A DNA stretch of 64,000 nucleotides from positions 160,540 to 224,539 of the forward strand of contig CAWEXZ010000010.1 of NCBI GenBank assembly GCA_963813215.1, read 5' to 3'. Made by a program: the position numbers and the translations under genes. The notes under the pieces are model-generated. The model saw only the letters and a program-made list of their open reading frames with translations, was not told the DNA's origin and made no database searches. This document shows, piece after piece, positions 30,878 to 39,368 of the stretch. Positions within the stretch are counted from its first letter, which is position 1. The number at the start of each line of letters is the position of its first letter. This stretch comes from an uncultured Acidobacteriaceae bacterium. GTDB lineage: Bacteria > Acidobacteriota > Terriglobia > Terriglobales > Acidobacteriaceae.

Positions 30878-32185
30878 TTATTCCTTGCCGGTTTCGCGGT
30901 AGCCCTGCCACACGTACTCCAGCGCTTCGGGTAAGGTTTGGAGCCGGACGGCGTGGTCTACGTGGCCGGCGTTTTCTGCGAAGACGAACTGATAGTGGTA
31001 GTGCTTTGCAGCTAATACCGCTGCCATGCGCTCGTTCGCATCGACCCAGTCGTGCATGCCGTCGTGCATGGCGTTGGGGTTGAAGAGGTCGCGGTCGCCT
31101 ACTTCCATCCATATCCGGATGGGCTTGCGCGGGGAGGCGGGGATGAGGTGCTCGTGGAACTCCCACGCGCCGTGCGGGGAGGCGGAGTTGTAGGGCCACT
31201 GCTGGTTGACGAAAGTGCCTGAATACGAGAGGACGCGGTGGTAAAGGTCGGGACGATACCAGGCCATTTCGAGCGCCGCAGCGCCGCCGGAGCTGCCGCC
31301 GGTGGTGGCGCGGCCGTTGGGATCTTTGGTGAGGCTGACGTGGGCCTCGGATTGGACGCGGGGGAGGACTTCGGTCTCGACGAACTGGGCGTAGCGGCCG
31401 GACATGGTGTCGTACTCGAGGCCGCGCTCGGAGCCCTGCGCATCCTGGCCGCCGTTGGCGATGGAGATGCCGATCATGACGGGGATGCGGTGCTGGGCGA
31501 TGAGGGCGTCAAGGGCGGCGAAGAGCATCCAGTCGGGGCCGTCGGCGCCCACGATGAAGGGCGCGGCGGCGCCGGGCTTGTACGACTTGGGGACGTAGAC
31601 GGCGACGGTGCGGGTCCAGGGCGCGGGCTGGCTGTTGGGGACGATCATTTTGGCCGGGTCGCTGGGATCGGCGGTGCCGCGGACGTCGGGAATGCGGGCG
31701 ATGCCGGGATAGATCTTGCTGTCGGCCGAGTTCATGGTGAAGGTGACGATGCTGCCGTGGGCGAACTGCGGGACAGTACCCTTGGCGGGCGGGTTGGCGG
31801 CGAGGGCGGCGAGCTGGGGCGCGGGCGGATGCGTGGGCCCGAGGATGAAGTTGCCGTCGGCGGTGGGCGGCGGAACACGGGCGTCGGGGAGTTCGGTGGC
31901 GTGGACGTAGCCGGGGGTGTGGGGGTCGCGGGTTGGGGGGGCCGGCGCGGCCGGCGAACGTTGGGCTGAGCCCAAGTCGGCGAGGGCGGCGAGGGCGAGG
32001 AGCGAGAACAGGCGGATTCCAGGGATGGGCAGGACGGGCCTCCGGGGATGAAAGCGAGATGGCGGAATTGTAGCGGGTTGGGGGTGGTGGTCTCCCACCC
32101 TTGCGCCAGAAGCAAGGCGCAAGGATGGGGCACGGGGCTTTGCAGGCGCGGCGGCTGAAAACCAACAGCGGGTCCTTCGAGTCAT
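30878..32185 (-). CDS. Secreted esterase (enterochelin-esterase/esterase-D-like alpha/beta hydrolase); start uncertain
   Basis: Catalytic GGSSGGAAAL nucleophile elbow and the C-terminal half typical of the putative-esterase family. The signal peptide (IRLFSLLALAALADLGSAQ) begins near 32030, with no ATG/GTG close by. The ORF-track ATG 32185 would translate through a family-A repeat. Confidence 0.7.
   Translation of the reverse strand: MTRRTRCWFSAAAPAKPRAPSLRLASGARVGDHHPQPATIPPSRFHPRRPVLPIPGIRLFSLLALAALADLGSAQRSPAAPAPPTRDPHTPGYVHATELPDARVPPPTADGNFILGPTHPPAPQLAALAANPPAKGTVPQFAHGSIVTFTMNSADSKIYPGIARIPDVRGTADPSDPAKMIVPNSQPAPWTRTVAVYVPKSYKPGAAAPFIVGADGPDWMLFAALDALIAQHRIPVMIGISIANGGQDAQGSERGLEYDTMSGRYAQFVETEVLPRVQSEAHVSLTKDPNGRATTGGSSGGAAALEMAWYRPDLYHRVLSYSGTFVNQQWPYNSASPHGAWEFHEHLIPASPRKPIRIWMEVGDRDLFNPNAMHDGMHDWVDANERMAAVLAAKHYHYQFVFAENAGHVDHAVRLQTLPEALEYVWQGYRETGKE
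32087..32133. repeat. Family A element (near-consensus copy)
   Basis: gtggtctCCCACCCTTGCGCCagaagcaaGGCGCAAGGATGGGGcac, in the 5' region of the esterase ORF. Confidence 0.85.
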
Positions 32186-32386
32186 CGCGCTGGGCGCGGC
32201 TCGCTCAAGGATGTCAATTGTTTGATGGCGTGAAGCGTGCTGGCCGCAACGTGACCCGGATCACACGCGGCGGGGCGCGGTTGCCGAATAATCGGGGTGC
32301 GGCGTTGGGTTTTCAGGATGAAGACAGCGAGTTGACGCTGCTGCGCGCCGTAGCAAGCTGGCAGATCGCGCGGAGGCCGAGGGGTT

Positions 32387-33334
32387 ATGTACAGGATTGT
32401 GGAAGCTCGCGATGTGGGGTTGAAGATCAGGCAGTACACGATCGAGGCGCCGCGGATTGCGCGCAAGCAGCGGCCGGGACAGTTCGTGATTCTGCGGCTG
32501 CGGGAGCAGGGAGAGCGGATTCCGCTGACCATCAAGAGCTCCGACCCGGTGGCGGGAACGGTGACGCTCGTGGTGCAGGCGGTGGGGAAGACAACTTCGC
32601 TGCTGAGTTGCCTGGAGGCGGGCGACGCGATTCTCGATATTGTGGGGCCATTGGGACACCCTTCGGAGATCGCCAAATACGGGACGGCGGTGATTGTGGC
32701 CGGGAGCGTGGGCACAGCGATGGCGCTGCCGACGGCGCGGGCACTGAAAGACGCAGACAATCACGTGATTTTTATTGAGGGCGCGCGCACGAAAGAGATG
32801 GTGGTGTTCGAGGAGGAGGTGCGGGCGGCGTCGCATGAAGCGTACATTATGACCGATGACGGTAGCTACGGCGAGCAGGGGCTGGTGACGAAGAAGCTCG
32901 GCGAGTTGCTGGGGGCGGGACGGAAGATTGATTTTGTGCTGGCGGTGGGGCCGGTGGCGATGATGCGGGCGGTTGCACAAACGACCGGACCGCTGGGCAT
33001 CAAGACCATGGTGAGTTTGAACTCGATCATGGTGGACGGGACGGGGATGTGCGGCGGGTGCCGCGTGCTGGTGGGCAAGGAGAGCAAGTTTGCCTGCGTG
33101 GACGGGCCGGAGTTCGATGCGTCGCTGGTGAACTTTGAGGTGCTGCTGCAGCGGAATGCGATGTATCGCGATAAGGAATGCGCGTCGCTGCGGTACTTCG
33201 AAGAGCATAAGGCGGAAGAAGTGGCGGAGCTGCGCGCGGAGCTGGCGGCGAAACAGCGGGAGTTGGCGCGGCTGCGCAAGGAACTGGGCGAGCTGCGCGA
33301 GGTGACCGGAGAAATCGAGGCGCGCCATGACTGA
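32387..33334 (+). CDS. NfnA/SudB-like ferredoxin-NADP(+) reductase subunit (FAD/NAD binding + 2Fe-2S)
   Basis: RPGQFVILRL, VAGSVGTAMALP and the Cys cluster GMCGGCRV...FACVDGPEF. It carries an extra ~40-aa charged helical tail. Confidence 0.82.
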   Translation: MYRIVEARDVGLKIRQYTIEAPRIARKQRPGQFVILRLREQGERIPLTIKSSDPVAGTVTLVVQAVGKTTSLLSCLEAGDAILDIVGPLGHPSEIAKYGTAVIVAGSVGTAMALPTARALKDADNHVIFIEGARTKEMVVFEEEVRAASHEAYIMTDDGSYGEQGLVTKKLGELLGAGRKIDFVLAVGPVAMMRAVAQTTGPLGIKTMVSLNSIMVDGTGMCGGCRVLVGKESKFACVDGPEFDASLVNFEVLLQRNAMYRDKECASLRYFEEHKAEEVAELRAELAAKQRELARLRKELGELREVTGEIEARHD

Positions 33335-34769
33335 CGCGAACCCATTGCCGCTGAAGGAGCGGATGAACATTGCGCGTGTTGCTATGCCGGAGCTGGGAGC
33401 CGAGGTGCGCGCGCATTGCTTTGAAGAAGTGAACCAGGGGCTGAGGGCGGGCGACGCGGCTAGAGAGGCAATGCGCTGCCTGGGGTGCGCGAAGCCGGGA
33501 TGCATGGAGCATTGCCCGGTGGGCGTGAAGGTGCGCGAGGTGGTGGAGCTGATTTGCGCGGGGGATTTGCTGGGCGCGGCGGCGAAGATGCGCGAAGATA
33601 ATGCGCTGCCTGCGATTACCGGGCGCGTGTGTCCGCAGGAAAACCAGTGCGAGGGCGGATGCGTGGTGGGGCGCGAAGGGAAGCCGGTGGCGATTGGGAA
33701 TCTCGAACGGTTCATTGCCGACTACGAACGCGCGAGTGGGAAGCTGGGGCTGCCGGCGATTGCGCCAGCGACGGGCAAGAGCGTAGCGATTGTGGGCAGC
33801 GGGCCAGCGGGACTGTCGGCGGCGGGCGATTTGGTGCAGAAGGGGCATCGGGTGCGGGTGTTTGAGGCGCTGCACGAGCTGGGCGGGGTGCTGGTGTATG
33901 GGATTCCCGAGTTCCGGTTGCCGAAGGCGATCGTGAAGCAGGAGGTCGATAATCTGCGGCGCATGGGAGTGGAGTTTGAGACCAACGTGGTGGTGGGCAA
34001 GAGCGTTACGCTCGACGAGTTGATGCGCGTGGAGGGGTACGACGCGGTGTTTGTGGCCACGGGCGCGGGGTTGCCGCAGTTCCTGGGGATTCCGGGCGAG
34101 CATTTGAACGGCGTGTACTCGGCGAATGAGTTTTTGACGCGCGTGAACTTGATGCGGGCGTATAAGTTCGACGATTACGACCAGCCGATTTACGATTGCC
34201 GCGATCGCGACGTGATTGTGGTGGGCGGCGGCAATACGGCGATGGACGCGGTGCGCACGGCGCGGCGGCTGGGGGCGCGGACGGCGACACTTGTCTATCG
34301 GCGATCGGAGGCGGAGATGCCGGCGCGGGCCGAAGAGGTTGGTCATGCGCGCGAGGAGGGGATTCAGTTTCGGACGTTGACCGATCCGGTGGAGTTTGTG
34401 GGCGACGCGAATGGGTGGCTCACCGGGGCGCGCTGCATGAAGATGGAACTGGCGGAGGCCGATGCGAGCGGACGGCGGCGGCCAGTGCCGGTGCGCGGGT
34501 CGGAACATTTGCTGCCGGCGAGCGTGGTGATTGTGGGGGTGGGGACGCATGCAAATCCGCTGATTCAGAGCTCTGCGCCGGAGTTGAAGACGAACGCGCG
34601 GAACTATATTGTGGCCGATGCGGAGAGCATGCGGACTTCGAAGCGCGGGGTGTTTGCGGGCGGCGATATTGTGACGGGCGGGGCTACGGTGATTCTGGCG
34701 ATGGGGGCAGGACGCAAGGCGGCGAAGGGAATTGATGCGTATCTGAAAGATGGTGTGTGGGAGCAGTAG
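33327..34769 (+). CDS. NfnB/GltD-like NADPH-dependent oxidoreductase (glutamate synthase small-chain family)
   Basis: Fe-S Cys motifs (CLGCAKPGCMEHCP, CPQENQCEGGC) and two Rossmann motifs (IVGSGPAGLS, VVGGGNTAMD). 8-nt overlap with the upstream gene. Confidence 0.88.
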   Translation: MTDANPLPLKERMNIARVAMPELGAEVRAHCFEEVNQGLRAGDAAREAMRCLGCAKPGCMEHCPVGVKVREVVELICAGDLLGAAAKMREDNALPAITGRVCPQENQCEGGCVVGREGKPVAIGNLERFIADYERASGKLGLPAIAPATGKSVAIVGSGPAGLSAAGDLVQKGHRVRVFEALHELGGVLVYGIPEFRLPKAIVKQEVDNLRRMGVEFETNVVVGKSVTLDELMRVEGYDAVFVATGAGLPQFLGIPGEHLNGVYSANEFLTRVNLMRAYKFDDYDQPIYDCRDRDVIVVGGGNTAMDAVRTARRLGARTATLVYRRSEAEMPARAEEVGHAREEGIQFRTLTDPVEFVGDANGWLTGARCMKMELAEADASGRRRPVPVRGSEHLLPASVVIVGVGTHANPLIQSSAPELKTNARNYIVADAESMRTSKRGVFAGGDIVTGGATVILAMGAGRKAAKGIDAYLKDGVWEQ

Positions 34770-34866
34770 GCGTAAAAAATGGGCGGCAAGGTTTGTGCCT
34801 TGCCGCCGCCCGTCCCTGGGTTGTCTTGAAGATGTTGCAGTAGTGCTAAACCTGTGTGCCCGGACC

Positions 34867-34920
34867 TCAGGGGCTAAAGCCCCATCTATTTATGGGCATT
34901 TTCGGATGCCGGGGCTAAAG
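34867..34920. repeat. Family B units (TCAGGGGCTAAAGCCCC x2)
   Basis: Located between the convergent nfnB-like and flagellin genes. Confidence 0.75.
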
Positions 34921-34986
34921 CCCCGGCCTACCAGCCCCGGTCTACCAGCCCCGGTCTACCAGCCCCGGCCTGCCAGCCCCGGCGCC
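34921..34986. repeat. 14-nt tandem repeat, about 4.7 copies
   Basis: CCCCGG(C/T)CT(A/G)CCAG units at 34921, 34935, 34949 and 34963, plus a partial unit at 34977. It ends 4 nt from the flagellin stop. Confidence 0.85.
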
Positions 34987-34989
34987 ATC

Positions 34990-37900
34990 TTATTGCAGCA
35001 GCTTGGTCACTTCCTGCTGGACGCTGTTGGCCTGGGCTAATGCGGCGATGCCGGTCTGGCTGAGGATCTCGTACTTCGACATATTCGAAGTGGCCGAGGC
35101 GTAGTCGGTGGCCTGAATGGCGTTCTGCGCAGAGACCACATTCTCCTGCTGGGTGCTCATCACCTGGCTGATGGAGTTGAGGGTGTTGATCTGGGCGCCG
35201 ATGTAGCCGTCCTGCGCGGCCACGTCGGAGATGGCCGCGTTGAGCGCGGTCAGAGTGGCCTCCGCACCGGTGGGGTTGGACAGATCGGTGTCTGCCAGCG
35301 AGGCGCCTGCGCCGTCCGCGTAACTGATGGTCGCCACGCCGCTGCCGGATTTGCTGTCAGCAACAAAGCTCGCAGCCGCCGAGGTCGTGGAATCGCTCAC
35401 CGAGCCGGAGACGCCGGTGCTGTAGGCGTTCGTCGCAGTGTAACTAAGGTTCGCCGTCGTTGCGGTGTCGGCCACCGTGGAGGTCGCTGCCAGGTTGGGC
35501 GTGATGTTGCCCGCGGTGCCGATGGTGTTCGAGGTTAACTGCACGCCGACCGCGCCATTGACGCCGGAAACGAGTTGCGCCGTAACTCCCAGATCCTGGC
35601 CGGTGGTGCTGTTGGCGTCGATCTGGTCAACCATCTGCGCGAGTGTCTCGCCCGAAGTCAGCGTAAGGCTCTTGGCCGACCCATTTCCCGTACCCACTGA
35701 AAAGAAGAGTGTTCCGGAGACGGTGTCGCTGGCGCTGGCGAAGCCGCCCAGGGTGACTTGCGAATAGCCGCCTTGCGTAGTGTCGACGAGGGTATTGCCG
35801 GTGCCGGCGGTGCCGACGGTGATGCTGCCGCCGGAGTAGTTGCCCGTGGTGCCGTTTTGCGTGAGAGTCAGGCCGTCGGTGCCTGCCAGAGCCGTCACGT
35901 CGTTGTTGGAATCCGCGTTAATCGCCTGGGCCAGGCCGGCGAGCGTTTCGCCGTAGTTGGTGCCGCCGTTGGCCGTGTTATCCGTGTAGAACGTGTTTCC
36001 GTTGTTGGCTCCGGCAGCCATGATGAAGGTATCCATGGTGCCGCCGTTGGTGATCGTGATCTGGCCGGTGATCGTGTCGCCGGTGTTCACCGTGCCGCTC
36101 CCCGGTCCGACCACAATGGATGCGTTGTTGCCCGCGATTTGCGCCACGCCGGCTTTGGAGGTAACGTTTCCGCCGCCGTACATGGCGACGGAGTCGGCAA
36201 GCGGTCCGGTTGTCGTACTTCCCTGGGCAAAAGTGATGCCCCCGCCGCCGCCTACCATCACATTTTGCGATTGCAGGATGATCGCGCCCGTTCCTGCGCC
36301 TCCTCCGTTTCCTACCGACGCGTCCAGGTCCATGCCTGCAGTCTGGTGAGTGCCGATGAACGTTGCCAATGCTGTGGACGTCTCGCTGGTCGTCCCCGTG
36401 TAGAAGGTGCCACCCCCGTTTGTCCCGTTGCCGATGACGTAGGTGGTCGAGATGTTGTCGTTGGTCAGCGTGAAGGAGCCGGTCAGCGCATCCGTGCCGC
36501 CAATGTCGTCGCCGTCGTTGAGCTGCAGCTGCGCGGTGGCGTACTCGCCGATTTGCGTCAGCGTCGGTGTGTAGAGGCCGATGGTATTGGTTGCGGCGGA
36601 CAGAGAATTGGCCGTGGTGCTGACGGTTTCGCTCGCACTCGCAGTGTTCGCCGCCACCACCAGGCCGCCGTTGGTGCCCACGGACGCGGTGACGTTGAGC
36701 GTAGCGCCGGCCGTGGCATTGATGGTCGCCGCCAGGTTGGCGAGCGTGTTGCTGTTGCCACCGGAATTGGCGGTGTAGTACACCTGATTTGCACCCGAGC
36801 TCACATCCGTTCCGGCGCCCACCACGAAGGTGACTGACGTGGTGTCGTTGGGAATGGTGTTCTGGATGGTGATGCTGCCGCCCGCGGACAGCACCGTGCT
36901 GCCGAGGGTTGTGCTGGTTTCGGGCGCGCCGACCGTGATCGAAGAGTCGACCGGGGTGACCGACTCGACACCGGCTACGTTGTCGGCGTTGGGGGTGGAC
37001 TGTATCGAGGTCGAATTGGCGCCGGGCAGGTAATCTGCACCAATGAATGCCGGAGCCACATTGGCGCCCGCTGTGGTGCTGACGGTCAATGCGCCACCAG
37101 CCTCGCTGGCATCTGCAACCGACAGGCTCTGGGTTCCGTCTCCGTTGGTGATTACCGAGGCGGTGCCCGCCCCGGCCTGGCTGTTGATGGCTGCGACGAG
37201 TTCGGAGAGGGTGTTGACAAAGCCACCGCCGGACACATTGGGGGTGGTGCCGATGATCACTGTTGCCTTTGTTACTCCGCCTTCGGCGACCGTCACGGTC
37301 TGGCCGTTGGTGAGAACCTCGGCCGCCGTGATACCGGTGGGATTCAGAATGCCGCTGGTACTGACCGAGTTGGGATCGACGCCGACGGAGACCGCGCCGC
37401 CGGCGATCTCGATGCCGGTCTCGGATCCGCCGCCCTGCACGCCTGCCTGCGCCTGGGTAGCAAAGATGGCGGTCAGACCCAAGCCTGAATCGCTGATGGC
37501 CTGGATGAGTCCGTTGGCCGTATTGGCGTAACTGGTGCCCCTGCCTACGGTGATGGCGGCCGTGGCCGTGGTCGAGCTGCCGGAGGCGCCGTTTACCAGG
37601 TAGTTGACGTCGACGGTGGTGGTGCCGCTGGCGCCTCCGTTCAAGGTATCAGTGGCCGCAGCGTTGGCGGTGCTCGTCGACAGGTTGAGGAACACGTTGT
37701 TCTGGCCGCTGGAGTAGGACATGGTGCCGCCGGTGTCGCCCACGCTGGAGGCCGAAAGCGAGCGGATGGACAGGTCGTCGACCGAAGAGCCGGTCTGCGA
37801 GGAGTCGCCGGTATAAATGGCGACCGTGTTGCCATCGAAGACCTGCACCTGGTTGTAGGTGGTGGTCGATCCGATGTTGTTGACCTCGGAAAGGATCGAC

Positions 37901-38250
37901 TGGTATTCCTGATTGGCCGCGGCATCCTGGGCGGTATCGAGGGTGCCGTTGGAGGCCTCGGTGGCCAGGGTGATGGCGCGGTTCAACAGGCTCGTCACCT
38001 GGGAGAGGGCGCCATCGGCGACCTGCAGCAGGCCGACGCCTTCCGTGGCGTTGGTCTCTGATTGTGTGAGGGCCGCGGAGTTGGCGGCCAGGCCATTGAC
38101 CAGCGAGAGGCCCGCGGCATCGTCGGCACCCGAATTAATGCGGGACCCGGACGACAACTGTTGCAGAACCGTCTGCAGGCTCGCATTGGTGTTGTTCAGG
38201 TTGTTTTCAGCGTAGATGGCGGAGAGATTGTTCAAGACACCGAGGGCCAT
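34990..38250 (-). CDS. fliC: Flagellin, giant form (1086 aa)
   Basis: Canonical flagellin N-terminus (LQQLSSGSRINSGADDAAGLS, GLLQVADGAL) and C-terminus (AQINTLNSISQVM...ATDYASATSNMSKYEILSQTGIAALAQANS) flank a T/G/S/N-rich insert of about 800 aa. AAGGAG Shine-Dalgarno. Confidence 0.9.
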   Translation of the reverse strand: MALGVLNNLSAIYAENNLNNTNASLQTVLQQLSSGSRINSGADDAAGLSLVNGLAANSAALTQSETNATEGVGLLQVADGALSQVTSLLNRAITLATEASNGTLDTAQDAAANQEYQSILSEVNNIGSTTTYNQVQVFDGNTVAIYTGDSSQTGSSVDDLSIRSLSASSVGDTGGTMSYSSGQNNVFLNLSTSTANAAATDTLNGGASGTTTVDVNYLVNGASGSSTTATAAITVGRGTSYANTANGLIQAISDSGLGLTAIFATQAQAGVQGGGSETGIEIAGGAVSVGVDPNSVSTSGILNPTGITAAEVLTNGQTVTVAEGGVTKATVIIGTTPNVSGGGFVNTLSELVAAINSQAGAGTASVITNGDGTQSLSVADASEAGGALTVSTTAGANVAPAFIGADYLPGANSTSIQSTPNADNVAGVESVTPVDSSITVGAPETSTTLGSTVLSAGGSITIQNTIPNDTTSVTFVVGAGTDVSSGANQVYYTANSGGNSNTLANLAATINATAGATLNVTASVGTNGGLVVAANTASASETVSTTANSLSAATNTIGLYTPTLTQIGEYATAQLQLNDGDDIGGTDALTGSFTLTNDNISTTYVIGNGTNGGGTFYTGTTSETSTALATFIGTHQTAGMDLDASVGNGGGAGTGAIILQSQNVMVGGGGGITFAQGSTTTGPLADSVAMYGGGNVTSKAGVAQIAGNNASIVVGPGSGTVNTGDTITGQITITNGGTMDTFIMAAGANNGNTFYTDNTANGGTNYGETLAGLAQAINADSNNDVTALAGTDGLTLTQNGTTGNYSGGSITVGTAGTGNTLVDTTQGGYSQVTLGGFASASDTVSGTLFFSVGTGNGSAKSLTLTSGETLAQMVDQIDANSTTGQDLGVTAQLVSGVNGAVGVQLTSNTIGTAGNITPNLAATSTVADTATTANLSYTATNAYSTGVSGSVSDSTTSAAASFVADSKSGSGVATISYADGAGASLADTDLSNPTGAEATLTALNAAISDVAAQDGYIGAQINTLNSISQVMSTQQENVVSAQNAIQATDYASATSNMSKYEILSQTGIAALAQANSVQQEVTKLLQ

Positions 38251-38257
38251 GATGTAA

Positions 38258-38280
38258 CTCCTTCTGAGGATGCGAGGAGG
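38258..38280 (-). promoter_or_regulatory. Possible SD-sequestering hairpin in the flagellin 5' UTR
   Basis: The reverse strand reads cCTCCTcgcatcctcagaAGGAGttac. CTCCT can pair with the AGGAG Shine-Dalgarno. Confidence 0.35.
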
Positions 38281-38347
38281 GGCTGGAATTTTGCGCCCCC
38301 TCTGCCAGTCTGCCTAAGCGGCAGGGGCGATGTTGCATCCAGCCATT

Positions 38348-38374
38348 TCATCGGAGCCTGTGGAAATAACTTTA
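38348..38374 (-). promoter_or_regulatory. Sigma-28 (FliA)-type promoter of the flagellin gene
   Basis: The reverse strand reads cTAAAgttatttccacaggcTCCGATGAa, i.e. TAAA-N15-tCCGATgA against the consensus TAAA-N15-GCCGATAA. It lies about 95 nt upstream of ATG 38250. Confidence 0.55.
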
Positions 38375-38554
38375 GTCATTATTTTTTGGCAGGTGCGCCG
38401 GGCGGTTTGTTGCGGGGCGAATCAGGGTGTCGCGAGGTGAGGCAGAGGGTGTATAAAAACACGGCAATCGGTGTACGAATGTGGGGCGGCGGGGTGTCTC
38501 GGTTTGGGGCAGTGGATGGTCTTGCAGGTGGCTGGAAGAGGGACTGGTTTGGCG

Positions 38555-38592
38555 CAAAAAATGGCGGCATGGAACGTGTTGTCCATGCCGCC
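38555..38592 (-). terminator. Rho-independent terminator after the CpxP-like gene
   Basis: The reverse strand reads GGCGGCATGGAcaacacgTTCCATGCCGCC (11-bp stem) followed by ATTTTTTG. Confidence 0.8.
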
Positions 38593-38619
38593 TGCTCTGG
38601 AGTGATTTGTTGCTTTTCC

Positions 38620-39309
38620 TTACTGCTGTTGGGGTTGCTGGTCAGCACCTGGCGCCTGCCCTGAAGGAGGATTGGCTTGTGGCGGAGGTCCGCCCTGGCC
38701 GTTGGGATTGTGGCGCCACATCCTCTCACCCTGCTGGCCGCCGCGATCCATGCCGCCGCGTTCGCGGTCCATCATGCCGTGGTGGCCCATCATGCGCATG
38801 TCTTTCAACTGCTTCCACTGGTCGGAGGTAAGCTTGAGGCGAATATCGAGCAGGAAGAGGGAGTTGGCTTTTTCGAGGTCTGCGCGTGCGGCGACGATTT
38901 TATCGATCTGCGCTTCAATTGCCGCGCGGTCGGGCTGGTCTGCGCTCATTAGCGGCAACATGGCGAGCTCGGCGTGCTCGAGATTGGCCTGCAGGTCAAT
39001 GAGTTTTTCGCGATGCTGATAGAGGATCTGATCCATCGCCTTGCGTTGATCGTCGGTTAGTTTCAGGCGCTCGATCATGCGCGGGTTGTTCCACCAGCGG
39101 CCCATGTCACCCATCGCCCTCTCGAAGGGGGGGCGATGATCGGCGAATCCGTGGCCCATGCCCATGCCGCCGGGTCCACCTGGGCCCCCGGGTCCACCCG
39201 GGCCCCCGGGACCGCCCATGCCGCCGGGTACTTGCGCCGTTGCCAGCGCGCTTACTGCCAGGATTGAAGCCAACACGGGAAAAACATATCGTGCAATGGA
39301 CGTTCTCAT
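38620..39309 (-). CDS. Periplasmic Spy/CpxP-family (LTXXQ) chaperone-like protein
   Basis: Start at ATG 39309 with an AAGGAG Shine-Dalgarno. Signal peptide, a (GGP)n low-complexity stretch, and two LTXXQ motifs (LKLTDDQRKAM, LKLTSDQWKQL). Confidence 0.8.
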   Translation of the reverse strand: MRTSIARYVFPVLASILAVSALATAQVPGGMGGPGGPGGPGGPGGPGGMGMGHGFADHRPPFERAMGDMGRWWNNPRMIERLKLTDDQRKAMDQILYQHREKLIDLQANLEHAELAMLPLMSADQPDRAAIEAQIDKIVAARADLEKANSLFLLDIRLKLTSDQWKQLKDMRMMGHHGMMDRERGGMDRGGQQGERMWRHNPNGQGGPPPQANPPSGQAPGADQQPQQQ

Positions 39310-39368
39310 ATTTGGTACTCCTTCTTCCGTTCCGAAATCAGATGGTGCGCAACGCAGGCCCTGAAATA

